63,698 nucleotides of DNA, filler included, from Reticulomyxa filosa (GCA_000512085.1; 20 parts of 20 records of this genome joined end to end with filler, not necessarily neighbours in it); one strand, 5' to 3'; counted from the first letter of the whole stretch, positions 24,646 to 38,459 are shown. Notes: a model not told the origin generated them from the letters alone. Translations and numbers: made by a program.

Positions 24646-26857
24646 TTATCTCAAAGCACGAATGGGACCATTTTCTGAACCATAGTACAAATTGAAACCG
24701 CAATTGCCATTGGTTCCACCCTTTTGTTTCTTTTTTGATGGCAAAAATTTAAAACACCATATTCCGTCATCATCTTCATCATTTCCTTCAATAGTATATA
24801 ATTCCTTATTCGATCGGATATCCCAAAAACAAATGGTGTTATCAGTCGACCCAGAGCATATGACATTTGCATAATTATCAATATTGCCACAATTTACCAC
24901 AAATGGTAAATATTCAACAGCTCTAACTGCTTGAGCATGTCCTTTAAATACTTGAATTTGTTTACCAGATCGGATATCCCACAAACGAACACTTTTATCT
25001 CCTGACCCAGATATTATTGTATTTGTGCCACCACTAATTCCTGATGCACATGATCCATATTTTACAGTATTTAACCAACTTTCATGTCCTTCAAAAACAA
25101 GCAACTCTTTCAAAGTTGCAATGTCCCATAACCGAATAGTTTCATCCCATGATCCAGAACAAATGGTATATCCATTACCACCAATTATACCAATGCTATT
25201 ATTTTTATTATTGTTGTTATTGCTTTGCAATGGTGAAAAATCTACACATCTAACAGTCTTTATATGTCCATCAAAGACATGCAATGATTTGGATATTTCA
25301 ATGTCCCACATGCAAATAGTTTTATCACTAGATGCAGAACACAAATATCGACCACCATTAAATGGTGAAAATACAATACCATAAACATTATTAGTGTGTC
25401 CATTTAATATTTGGAATGACTTGTCATTTTTGACATCCCAAAAGCGAATAGTTTTGTCATTTGATGAAGAACAAAAGACTGTACGATGATAATTATGATA
25501 ATGATATGGTGAAAATTTCACACAAAGCACATAATCAGAATGTTCATCGAAAATTCGTATTTGTTGTGTGGTTTCTACATCCCATACACGGACTGTACGA
25601 TCAGTTGATCCCGAACAGAGTAATTGACACTCATCACATGCCAAATAATCAATACTTTGCACAATGCCAGTATGTCCACTGAATGATTCGTGCAGCTCGA
25701 ATTTAAAAGAAAAAGTGGATAATTCCTTGTTTGTGAATTTTGACGAAATTGCATTGTCATTATATTCTTTTTGTTCTTTATTATTACTTTGTTGTTTTAA
25801 AAGTTGTCCAATTTGCTCATCTTTTTCTTTTAATAATTTTGTGAGTTGGTTATATTGCTCTAGCATCTGTTTTTCTTTTTCACTCACATTTTTTTTTAAC
25901 AAATCATATTCTGCAAAGAATTTAACCGATTGCTGTTGGAACTGTTTTTTTTCTTTTTCATTCTCACTCCATTGTTGTTTCTCTTTCAAAAGCGTGTCAA
26001 TCTTTAAAGCTTTCTCTTCGTTATCTGATTTCAGCAATTGAATTTCATCTTCTTGTTCCTTAGTTTTCAATTGAAGTTTCTTAACTTTTTCCTAGCGTGT
26101 TTTATTTTGTGCAAAATTAAAGATTTGAATATCAATACATTACTTTTTTAAATACGATAAATAAATCAACATTAAAAAAATAATGTCGATGTAACTGTTT
26201 GATTGGTCTCATTCGATTGATCGGGATTTTGCTGAAGAGTAGCAATATAAGCTAACAATAAAGTCAAATGCTTTTTCATTTGTAATTGCAGATGCTGTTC
26301 AACGTCCAATCCAAATAAGATTTCGTCACACCCAAATTTTTTGAATTTACATTCGAACAGTTTCAAAGGACATGAATTTTCCAAATGCTTTTTCATTTCT
26401 TCGATTTTTCCTTTAAAATTACAACAATGTCTTATTCCAGTGATCGTACTTTCTTTTATTTTAACGTCTGATTTCAGGCTCAATTGACTTGCAAATTGCC
26501 TAGGACAAACCACTGCCAATTCACCAACAAAGTTTCTCGCCGTTCGACTTTTCACATAATTACAATTGCCATGTTTCCCAACAGGACATTGATTGTCATG
26601 TTCATTTAAGTACTGCGTCAAGCATTGTCACCAATCACCAGTGTATTTTTATAATCTTCATGTTCATTACAAGTCAATTCCATTGCATTATTCACAATTT
26701 GCTTACATAACAAACACTGAAGGTTTTTTAAATGCCTTTGTTTATTGGACGATGCTACCCATTTGTTGTCATAACAGCCTTTGAGTGACAATGTTGTTAG
26801 CAGTTTTTCTTTGGTAGCTTTGCTTTCTTCAGTCGGTAACATTATCATGCTATTCAT
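24646..26857 (-). CDS. RING-like/TRAF-type zinc finger + coiled coil + WD40 protein (one frameshift near 26625)
   Basis: CLLCKQI...C..H...C...CP...H..C, then VVCPRQ...CNFKGKI...HLENSCPL...CKFKKFGC...HL. Intron at about 26093-26195. Coiled coil followed by about seven WD repeats. Confidence 0.85.
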
Positions 26858-27484
26858 TTTTGATCTTTTTTTTTTGTTTTGATCCCGTTTTTTAAGTTTT
26901 TTGTTTGCAACAGTGGGACAATCCAAATAAGGAGACGATACAAATCTTTTATTAGATCTAAGTTTTGTATTCTTGATAACTTTAACAAAATTTATAATCT
27001 TAGAAAACTAATACTTATCTATTCAAAAAAATTATAAAAACGAAAGCAATATCTCATATACTCATTAGCGATTTATATTTTATAGTGCATTTTTTAGTAT
27101 TTCATCTTGTTTTTTTAAAGATAATCATTTTGTTTTTATAAGAAATTGCTTGATTTCTATATTTGGGCCTCACGACATCAAATTGCCTTTTCATGCAAGC
27201 CAACTCCAGCTATCAAAAAATAAATTAAATAAATTGCAAAATAAAATATAAATTTATTTTTTTTCGCAAGAACTAGCTGATCAACTTGGTGCAGAATTGG
27301 AGTAGAATTTTCTTTCTTGTGGGACATTCTTTTGTTTGATTAATAACCAAAAAAAACTAGTCAGTCATATTGTAACTTTTTTTTNNNNNNNNNNNNNNNN
27401 NNNNNNNNNNNNNNNNNNNNNNNNNNNNTTAATTAATTAANNNNNNNNNNNNNNNNNNNNNNNNNNNNNNNNNNNNNNNNNNNN

Positions 27485-29700
27485 GTTTGTTTGAGTAGGA
27501 TTTGAATAATAAATTTTGAATTGTAAAGCCATACAGATCGTTGCCGTACTCAAAAATATCATTCAACCATCGCACGAAAGAAAGGAAGAAAGACAAAGAA
27601 TAGATCCAACAATGAAGAAAAGAACCATTGGATCGAATGGGATACATGGCGATGATGCGAGCACTTCCAATAGCAACCTTTATCCAAGGTCAAAGTGTGT
27701 TTGCCATCACAAGGGCAAAGATATTGAATGAATTTCGTAGTTGGAAAACGTTCGTTATATGGTGACACTAGAATAATGGGACAAGACTATCACAGATCAA
27801 TAACAAATAATGTAGACCTTGGTACCGCCAAAACATAAAAGCAAGCTCGACAAGAAGAAGAAAAAAGAAAACAAGTGAAAACGATGTCAAAGTTATAGTG
27901 TAGCGACGGCTGCATCAATTAAACTGACTAGGAAGTGGAAAGCGAGGAAGAAAAGAGCATGGAAGTTGTCATAAAATATCAATTGACGGCGATCGAGCAA
28001 ACGATTACATTAAGAGAATTGCCCCATGTAAAAGTGACCCAATCTGGTGGAGGAGTTATCTAAGACACCAAAAAGCAAGAATAGCGAGACGATACGAAGA
28101 ACAATGCATTGAACAAAAAGAATTCCGAGTATATATCGTGTTGGATTTTTTTTTTATTTATAAAAATGACCAATTGGCCGGCTTTATTAAGCTTGGGTAC
28201 GTAATCGTTTTTCATGTCTGGAAACGCGCAAAGTCGCCACTCGCAAGTGTCGACCAACGTCCAATATCGCGTCCCAATGGAAAAGTATAAATGAGTGCGC
28301 AATTTCAAGTAGTGGCAGCCCAAAGCATTGTAAAGAACGTTTACAATCAACATATGCGCATAAAGTCTATGCGAACAATTTTTGGCGGGTAAGGTGTCGA
28401 TAGATCGCAGTTCGACGACTTCTTTGGTGCCAACAAACAAGGAACACTCAGTCATTATGAAAATTGTGCTAATTTTGTGAATGCTGAAACTGAGCACTCG
28501 TACCGAAACTGGTTGTATACGTGCGCATATGCACAACTTGGATGTCGCATCGTTAACTCGCGAAACATAGAATATTATTGATTGGTGAAGAAGGGAAAGA
28601 GCTTATTGCATTTTTCGACTCAGTCACTGCAAGAGTTGTGCGTCTTGCATTTGTAGAACAAGAGCACATTATCTTTGCTGAATTGCCTCCGGGATCAACT
28701 ATTGACTAGGGACGGCGTGTTGGATGGCAATCAAGAAAGCAAGAAAAAAGAACAAGAGTGAATACGTCCAAAAAAGGAAGTACAAATGATATCCTCCATC
28801 ATTGAGTCATCAATCCGAAAATTGTTGAGTGAACGCATTGATAATGTATGCAAGAATTTCCAGCAACGGCCATTATTCAAGTGTCTATCATTACAATGGT
28901 GACAAAATCGGATGAATTTAGTATTCTAGTAAATATTAATTATATGATGGCGTTTGAACAGTTGAAAAAAATTATCCCAGTTCAGTTGTCGACGATCTGG
29001 ACCTTGGCGTTTTCCGACTACGAATGCAAGCCCATCAAAAAAGATATAATAATATCACTATCGATTATTGCGGTATCGCAACAACAGCAGCAACTGGATT
29101 GGTAGAAGAAATCAAAGACAAACAAGAAGAGGACGCGGACGTTGTATGAATAAATAAGTACACATGATGATCAAGCGAGCCACTCTAACATGGAATTATC
29201 CTTCCAATGTCGTTGCTCAATTTGATGGAAACTCAAGCCAACATCACTATCAAACAAGAAGATAGGAGGAGGAAGATGGGCAGAAAGAAGTTTCAGAGGA
29301 TACCGTGTTCGATTTGTTAAAAAAAATAAAAAAGACTTCAGTTATGAATGCTCTTCACCCAACGGTGGAGGATTTGCGCATTTTTATTTATGGATTAATT
29401 TCACATCATGCACCCCTCAATGGAAGCTTATTGACAGTTGTGACAATATCAAGCGCAGCGTCAGTGATGTTTGTAATGACGACGACGAAACGCAATCCAT
29501 ATCATCTCTTACTCATTTGTCAATTGTTTCAATATATTGGATTGGTGTTGTATGCGTCAATATTTGGGTGCCATTGCTATATTCTACGATTCGAAGAGCT
29601 AATGTTGTTTCACATTTGTTACAAAAGGAGCAACATCATGCCAGTCGATAATTGGGTTAATGATTCAAAAATCAATCCATTATTTGACAAATCAAGAAAA
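27485..29700 (+). repeat. Second copy of the decayed ~1.1-kb tandem unit family
   Basis: 27485-28081 matches the reverse complement of 12746-13365. 28540-28740 and 29080-29230 resemble the reverse complements of 13440-13620 and 13830-13965. A further unit starts near 29370. Confidence 0.65.
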
Positions 29701-30672
29701 AAAGCGTAGATATTGGCAATGTGTTGGCCCTGCTGAATGGATACACGAACAACGTTTTAGTCAGCAGCCAAGTCCTCCCTTCCTCCTAAAGACGTCGTCA
29801 ATATGGCTATGAATTATTTGGTTAAAAAAAAAAATCGAATCACTCGGATTCGAAATGTGGAAGAGTCTACGATCGACAAGACCACCACTCAAAAAAATAG
29901 TAGCTCTAGGGAATGAGCATTTCCAATGATGACAATTTTCCCTCAAGTCTGTCAGTCGTCCTAAAATAATGGAATAATTGATTGGAACAGTGATCATTGA
30001 AATTGAAGCGTGCATTCACATGACCTCAAGAAGTTGATATTATTTTGGTTGATCGTTTGTGTGCCTGCTTCCTTTCCAGTTACCTGACGATATAATTCGT
30101 GTTTAGATCCATTGCTTGAAAAAGTTTTTTATACATACATTTTTTTTTAAGATATGCACATATTTGATAACTAACAGTAATACAACATCTTTATACGTAT
30201 ATTGATTATTTATTTATGTGTTGCTTGAAATTTTTAAATAGATATTCCGAGATGTGTCAATGAAGTTTTGGAATGTGGATGAAAATGTTTGTGCTATTTA
30301 TATTGTCATTGGTGCTGTAGCTAGTCTCCAGCGATAATGGCAATAGTATAGCAACAGCAGCAATATCAATATTGATGATTGCAGTAGATGAAAGTAACAC
30401 TGGCAACATCATTGTTGAATTGTTGCTGATGATGGAAATCATGGAAGTCTCACTACAATACGCGCATTTGTCATTTCTCCAATAAAATGTATTTGTTCAT
30501 TATTGAACAAATATCTATTAGTGATGACGTGCGTCGAATGTGGATCATAGTATTGCGTTTTGAATAACGTATNNNNNNNNNNNNNNNNNNNNNNNNNNNN
30601 NNNNNNNNNNNNNNNNTTAATTAATTAANNNNNNNNNNNNNNNNNNNNNNNNNNNNNNNNNNNNNNNNNNNN

Positions 30673-32776
30673 GTTAAGCGAAACTGCATTACAAAAATTA
30701 GGAGCAATTCCATATTTACTTGTGATCATTTCTGCCAGTCCCAATAACGTTTTATGTCACGCATTGCTCCCTTTTCGGTTTCATCGACCCATTTCATTGT
30801 CCACACAAACCGCACAATCCATTTTTTCGCAAATGTATTACAACGATTGGACCTCGTTTGTGGACCAAAAGGATGTCAATAAAAAATCATTTGTACAATT
30901 GTATACGTCCAAACGTGTTGGAATGGGCAAGAGCTACAAGATTCGAAAAGATAGCCAAAAAACTTCTCAACATGTATGCATTGCATTCAACAGTGAGGAC
31001 ATTGAATGGAAATTTCTGGTACATAATTTCTGGAGATATCATCCCTCCCAAGCTAATCTTGCTATTGCACCGAATCGAAAGATTAGTGATCACGATATTA
31101 TCACATTTCATTTGGATCTATCTTCATCCATTTCCACGGAAATCAATAACTTTTTATTCGAATTGCTGTTTTTGCAACATATCAATACTGGTCAAAACAT
31201 TTTGGAATGCTTTCATGTGAATCACAACATGGCCTTTTTCATCGAAATTCCTTCCAAATTGAGTATTGACAAACAGACTCCTCAACAATTACTTTACACT
31301 TTGTTTGGTCCCATTGCTTTTCCGATTCTTGATGTCAATACTGAAAATAATCCTTATGTCTATGGGGAAGAAGCGCAATATGCGCTCAAATGGATACGGG
31401 AATTCGATGCCAATCATCTGAAGTTATCTTTCTTATTTTCAAATACAAATGATTTGATCTGAATGGTTTATATGTATGTATACATATATATGTGTATATG
31501 TATATGTGTACATATGTATGTGTGTATGTGTGAAAACAAGAAACTATGACCCGAGCCCAAAAAATATCCAAGACCTGCAATTTAATGAAATACGCGAGTT
31601 TATTCAGACTAAACTACCTGTAATCGCTTCGTTGACATATTTGCATCAAACGTCATTCTTTCGGTATTGTTTCCAACAATTTCTTCCCATTGCTCAATCC
31701 GAATTTATTCAGAATTCTATATGGATCGATGAAGAAGATGACGCTGAAAACAACATCTCATTTAAACATATGATAACAAAATCTGTCCTACAAATTGCGA
31801 AAGATTTGAGTACTTACTTGTTTGGCAACACGAACACGAGAGAATCGGGAGATGAAGGTACTGGCGAGGAAGAATTTTTCCTATGTAAGAAATGGCATGA
31901 CTCCAAAGATCCACTTTTTTTATGTAATCACGATGAGGATGACAAGAATAGTGAAGGTACGTTTTTTCTGTTTATCAAAAAAAAAATGCTGTGAGTTTGT
32001 GGCAATGAGCTGTTCGGATTGTGAATAGAACAAAACACAGCAACTTTTTCTCTGCTGATTAGTGATACTACAGTGATCCCCGAGGAGTTACTCGATTTTC
32101 TTAAGCAAGTGGGATTTTTGCTCTTTGATTGGAATGACGACTTACAAAAGCGAGTGGATGCAGTAGAGGTCAATCTACCATTCAATTCAATCCAAATTCA
32201 TTCATACAATATATATCTTCTTCTTTTTTTTCTTTCTTTGTTTCTTTTCAAGATATACTTTGTGAATAAATAACAGCGTATGACAGAAAGTATTGAAAGT
32301 GATCAAAACAAAAAAAGAGAAAGAGCAGAACTGCTGTTCCGAGTGCTCGGTGTGCCTTTGGCTCTCAGAGAAAGCATTGGAAAAGAATTGTGCGCAGGAG
32401 AATTTGCCCATTATGTGTTAACATTTGATAATATTTTGAAAATGGTGGCCATTGCGCAGCAAATCCGGTCGAACACGCCAGTAATTTTAATGGGAGAAAC
32501 GGGCTGTGGCAAGACTTCATTGATTAAATGTCTTGCCAAGGTTGCCAATGTCCAATTGGAAGCGGTAGATGTGCATGGGGGCTTTACGAGAACTGACATT
32601 CGTCTAATTGTATGCAACTGTATTGAGCGATTTAAAAAGCAAAGCCTAAAAGAAATGTGGATATTTTTCGATGAAACCAACACATCTCCAGATCTCGGAT
32701 GGTTCAAGGAACTGATTTGTAATCACACCATTGACGGAATCAATATTCCAAAGAAAATCAAAATCATTGGTGCTTG
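30673..32776 (+). CDS. RNF213/mysterin-like dynein-related AAA+ ATPase, internal fragment
   Basis: KRVGMGKSY, FHLDLS...NFLFELL, FFIEIP, YVLTFDNILKM, PVILMGETGCGKT (Walker A), VHGG, IFFDETNT (Walker B), IKIIGA(C). The order and spacing match the RNF213 AAA modules. Several introns. Confidence 0.85.
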
Positions 32777-32965
32777 NNNNNNNNNNNNNNNNNNNNNNNN
32801 NNNNNNNNNNNNNNNNNNNNTTAATTAATTAANNNNNNNNNNNNNNNNNNNNNNNNNNNNNNNNNNNNNNNNNNNNTTTTTTTTTTTTTTTTTTTTTTTT
32901 TTTTTGTGTTAAAAAAAAAAGAAATGAGGACAACAGGATTTGTGATCACAAAAAATCTTCGCAAC

Positions 32966-33158
32966 CTGCATTGTTAAATAGCAACGAAATAAACATTGCC
33001 ATGCTTAAGCGTGGTTTTCTGCTGTGAACAAAATGCTCATGCCGGAAATCCCAATAACGCTTCAATGCTTGCCAACACAATGGCACAAACACTAGATAGG
33101 TTAATCCACACCAAATAACGGTGAATATATGCCATCCGTCCCAAGTTTGGTTTGACAT
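32966..33158 (-). CDS. First exon of a multi-pass membrane protein
   Basis: MSNQTW, then a TM segment (IFTVIWCGLTYLVFVPLCW), a basic loop (KRYW...RKP), a second TM segment and a GT donor. 7TM/RGS-receptor-like layout, unproven. Confidence 0.4.
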
Positions 33159-33580
33159 ACTTTCTCGAAACTCATTAGCTCTTGTTTCAAAAAAAAACGG
33201 CTGTATACTTGTCGATATTTTGTGTAGATTGACAAATATATACAATTGTGATGATTTGCAGGTACCTATGTACCTACATTTATTCATTTTGTGAAGCGAC
33301 TGACAAATAAAAAATAGTGACGAAAATAAAAAAATAGCCGAATATATATATTTTTTTGTTTTTAGGTACCAAAACTTTGATAAAGCCTAAAAATCTTAAA
33401 ATAAAATACGTTTTGTGAGTAAGACCTTTTTTCACCAATTACAAAATACGTTGGTGAGTCCGTTACCTCTAAAAGAAGAAAAAAACAACAACAGACGGAG
33501 GAAGTTCGACAACAAACAAAATCAGAAAAACAAAACAAACACGCACATAACACAAACACACAAACGTGAAAAAGATGTGA

Positions 33581-34110
33581 TTATTTTCCCACCAAACTTT
33601 GAGTTTCGACATCGTGTTTAATGTGTCGATACCAAAAGATCAAGAAGAGAATCAACGAGTCTTGGAGCATGCACAAGCTGCTGGAAAGGACCCATGGCAA
33701 AAGATTGACAAAAAGAGAAACATGATGATAAAGATTTGGGACAACGAGCATGGAAATGAATTGGGAGAGATTTCCAGACAAAGTCATGCAAAAAAATAAG
33801 GGATTGAGTCCGTAAGCCTTTCGAGTTTTGAGCATGAGCCTCAGCTGTGGAATGCGACTGACGACATAAATGAAGGCGCTCAGCCAGCCAATGACAATGC
33901 CAACACTGTTTAATATTTTCCACAGGTGACTTTCGTGTTCAGTGTCACTGTTCGACAGCCGTCTCGACTCATGTTTTTGCGAAGGAGCGCTATCCACCCA
34001 GCTCAACATCATTAGTGCCGATAGCACGTTTTGGCGGCGAGACTGTCAACTTCGTTTGGTTCATATTATCGTCTTTTGCACCTTGATTGACAGCAGCATT
34101 TGTCTCTATA
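33581..34110 (-). CDS. PQ-loop transporter (PQLC2/YPQ-like), last exon
   Basis: IGWLSAFIYVVSRIPQL...YGLNPLFF...GNL...LPWVLSS...QD is the second PQ-loop repeat. Confidence 0.85.
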
Positions 34111-34734
34111 GCATTATATGCATACATATGCATATATATATATATATATACATATATNNNNNNNNNNNNNNNNNNNNNNNNNNNNNNNNNNNNNNNNNNN
34201 NTTAATTAATTAANNNNNNNNNNNNNNNNNNNNNNNNNNNNNNNNNNNNNNNNNNNNAATATCATATTTAAAAACTACAAGACTTGAGAATTTTTTTAAA
34301 AAAAATTAGCTTTAAATGTTGTTTTTCATTAAGAAAATCTATCATCTTCATAAGGTGGCATTTTATGTGTTCAGTTTTATTTGCAACCTACTGTATATAT
34401 TTTTGTAATAAATACACAAATAATTAAATTTATTTTATTATTGCTAATTTAGTTAATTTTATCAAATTTTTTTGACATAAGTTCATTTTTTTTCGTAATA
34501 CTTATTTTCAGTTATACTTTCAATCTTTTAAATTTTTCGTCACGTAAACATGTTCATTTTAATTTTACATTTTTTGACTTAGTTTTGATAACTATTATTT
34601 AAACAATATTTTTATAAATATTATAATATCTTGAACAAAACACAATATTTGTTATAATTTCTTTTTATTATTTTGTATATTTTCTTAACATATTTGTTAT
34701 CAAAACTATCAAAATATAGTTCTATCTGTAATTG

Positions 34735-36450
34735 CTGTCGTTAGTCGCACGAATCAAATAGTTTTTGGAAATGTCTTCCAAGTGCACGCTATATTTCGAC
34801 TAAATTCAGACAATCAAAATGTTGTCAGTCGTCTTGTCACGATACTTGATAGCAAGACAGTGTTTTCAATGTCATTGATTTTCCAAATTTTGAAGTGTTC
34901 GAGTCTGCAAGTGATTGCACTTTGAACCGATCTTCAAATCGACTGACAACGTATTGTTAGCATTATGTTGATAAGTGTCGTTGCCATTATCAAAGCATTT
35001 GCAGGCAAAAATTGATTTTCGTTGTTGGAACTTGAAGTATCTTTTGTAGTTTGAATATTATTTATATTGATAAAATTAAGTCTCCAGAAAATAAAATCAA
35101 ATTTACAATTTTATGCTAAATGACAAAAGCAAAGTCTTAGTGTTTATACAATTTCATTTACTAAATGTTCGATTGAACAAAGCGACAATAGTATTTGTCT
35201 GCCAATGAGAACATTAGTTCGTTTATAATAAAAGGTCAACATGCATTATGAAGCAAGACTGCAATGATTCGCTACAAAATCTGTCGAATGCAATACCGTT
35301 TGATTGTTGTACGAACATGTTTGCCAAGTATTGACATAAAACAATATATCGGCATTCAGTCGAGTATTATGATCATGTTCGGTCATATGCTAGACAATGC
35401 GTAGATCGTAGCTACTATTTGTGTAGCTTCTAATCAATGACACATACATCTGACGATACCAACTAGTATTCTTGCTTTCATTATATAGCCACACTAGTTG
35501 CAAAGATCGATGTTAATTGTATATTGATTTCATTATTCAAATTACATAAGTTGATTTGAATCACGTTATGTTTAAATTCAGTGTACCGAACAATCAATTC
35601 GTTCGTAAACTTGTCGGCCTCACTGGCCAATCAACCACTGCAATTGACTTTCAAATACTGTATATCGCTGTTTATATTGGAACAACGACTTAGTCTAGTC
35701 AGTTTTCTCAACTATATTGTAAAGGTAAACATAACAATACAAATATCTACTGCATGCACTCGCCAAAGTACTCCACAATATCAACCTAAATATATTCATA
35801 GTCAGCAAATCCACCATTTTCAAGATCACGTCCTTTGCCAAACGCAACTAGTTTAGTTTGCTTGTCAATTTCACACATATCACTTTGTGTGCCTTCAATT
35901 TTCACAGCAAATACCATTGCGTCTACTGCATAACACATCCAACGCCAATGGAACACATCCACAATCATACTGCATTTATCGTGTTACTGTACCAATCATA
36001 AGGCAATAGAAACACCGATTCATGAATTATAGAAACACATATTGTATTTGTTAGCTGCTGTCACCAAAAAATTTCACTTCTGCATTGTCTTTCCATGTTG
36101 CTTCCAGGTCCGCTTTCGCTCCTTTGTGTGCTTGGATCATCGGATCGTCGTTGTCACTGATGTCGTCAGTAGGTGCTTAACTAAACTGCAGTACTGCATT
36201 TATACTTTAGAGTCTATCATTGCTACTTAGTCTGGTCGCAACTCCAAATGACTCTTGCGTCGCACTATGTTGCCTGCCACTACGGATCGTATAAACGCTG
36301 TACAGAATCTTCTCTGCCAATGACAATGGTCGAACAGCTTTCTTCACTACTTGTAAAATTGACAACAATTTCACATACGACACTGACTTGTCGCGCTCCG
36401 CTCTCATGTCGAACATATCTTCGCTTCAGAAGACCATTTCGAAGCTATAG
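34735..36450 (-). pseudogene. Decayed mitochondrial-type aconitase
   Basis: Colinear relics: RPLSLAEKILY, HKGAKADLE, AVDAM, GKGRDLE (frameshifted GKDVILK), DIVEYFGE, FDNGNDTYQH, DKTTDNI and HLEDISKNYLIRATN. Many stops and frameshifts. Confidence 0.85.
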
Positions 36451-36693
36451 TCTTGACACGCTTGGACCAAAATAGAACTCGTCTTTTTTAAGGTTCCGTC
36501 GCTTGTGCCAAATGTAGAAAGTAGTCTATGTTAGGAAAACCGAAACAACTAAGGCTTAAATGTACACTGACAAAGTTTATAAGGCTTTCAGAGNNNNNNN
36601 NNNNNNNNNNNNNNNNNNNNNNNNNNNNNNNNNNNNNTTAATTAATTAANNNNNNNNNNNNNNNNNNNNNNNNNNNNNNNNNNNNNNNNNNNN

Positions 36694-37256
36694 AAGATTT
36701 TAATGAATTGAATTATAAATTGCAAAAATGGTTTGAAAAAAGTGAAAATTGGATTGAAAAAGAATGGAATGAATTGGAGAAAAGATGGAGTAAATGGAAT
36801 TCACAAGATATTTCAATTTTCGTTGGATATACTTTGAAATGTAACAAATTAAAAATGAATGAATATAATAAAATAATCAAAGGAAAAAAAATTGATGGAG
36901 TGTCTTTATTGAAGATGTCGAAAAATGATTGGATGAATTTATTTCATTTTGATATGCTTTTACAAGCTTGTGTTGTTTATGATTTATTTAATCAAATTTG
37001 TGTTAAATATCCAATTGATTCTAATGAAGGTATTCCACATGATATTCCAAAAGAATATTTATGTCCAATATCAAAATCAATAATGAAAGATCCTGTAATT
37101 GCTTTAAATGGAATAACATATGATCGATCATCAATTATGAATCAATATCAAAATATTCCAAATTATTATTCTTTGATGAATAATGGAAATTTAGAACTTT
37201 ATCCTGATTTTGCTTTACAACAAAAAATTCAAAAATTTTTGGAAAACTTAAAGTGA
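36694..37256 (+). CDS. SAM-like + U-box protein, C-terminal fragment
   Basis: SAM-like WNSQDI...IDGVSLLKMSKNDW, followed by the U-box IPKEYLCPISKSIMKDPVIALNGITYDRSSI...LYPDFALQQKI. Confidence 0.85.
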
Positions 37257-38459
37257 TTTTCTTTTTTTGATTGTAAAGTTTTTTTGCTTTTATCAAACAT
37301 TTTTTTGAAGCTTTGCTTGGATTGAATTAACATGTTGTGTTTCAAAAGCACTTCCTTGAAAAAGTATTATTGCATGTGTCAGCTGAATACATCATATATT
37401 TATATTTGAAATATTTTTAATTTTTTTTGTTGTTAATCCAAGACATTCAGATTATTTTCATTATTTTGAATTCCTTTTCTTTATTCACTCAAAAGTAAGA
37501 AAAAAATATAATAATCTTGTAATTTATTTTGATTGTTTACTGATTATGAGATATTTTTTATTCCTTTCTTCTCTTCAAAAAATTTTTAAATTTTTCGTTG
37601 CAAAAAGAGAACCAGGAAAAAGTGTTAACCATTAAATATTTTTATTTTTTTTTTATCACAATTAAAAATTGACCAAAAAAGGATATACCTTCTTTATCTT
37701 TTGATCGTTAACAAAAAACCTTTTTTTTTATTTAAGTCATTATGCAAAAAATACTTAATTTTTATATGACACAAAAAGAGACTCGCTTACACAAGGAATT
37801 GGTCACTTAAAATTGTTTTTATTAATTTTACTTTTAATGGCTTTATTACATTTTTATCATATTTTCATTTAATGTGACACTTATTTTATGAACAGTCTTT
37901 GGAGATTTATTCCGACATTAGCGCTTTCGTAGTGCATCGCAAACAACTTATTTTCAAGGAAAAATTGTTCAAATTCGTATTTTTATATGTAAATAAAAAA
38001 AATAAAGCGATGTTTTTTCCTTGCCATGAATCTGCTAAGTCAGGTGGGTACGCAGAGAACAAAATCAAATTTGTTTATCAAGAACAGGATAACGCAAGCA
38101 ACAAACTTAAAACACGAGCACACACAATTGCTGTGGAACGATCAAAGCAATTGTCAACAAATAAAAGAAGGGAGAAAAAATACCTTGATCCATCCTTTTT
38201 TTCCCGTGCCCCCTCCAAAAAAACTGATGTGCAAAACATTCAATGCCTTACAAACAAAAATGAAACGTAAATTACGGAAGAAAAAAAAAAAGATCCAACA
38301 AAACTGCATTGAACAAAAACACAGGAGAGGAGATATACACACCAACAACAAAAGCTCCTACAACAAACCCAAAGGAAAAAAAAGGAAATACGTTCAACAC
38401 AATGCCAAAAAAAAAAAATATCAAAAAACCTAAAACAACAACCAAAAAAAAAAACAATG

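Noticed and set aside
18195-37256. Apparent 'defence island' of TPR, WD40, TRAF, RNF213 and U-box genes
   Set aside because: These genes are on separate contigs, so their adjacency comes from concatenation.
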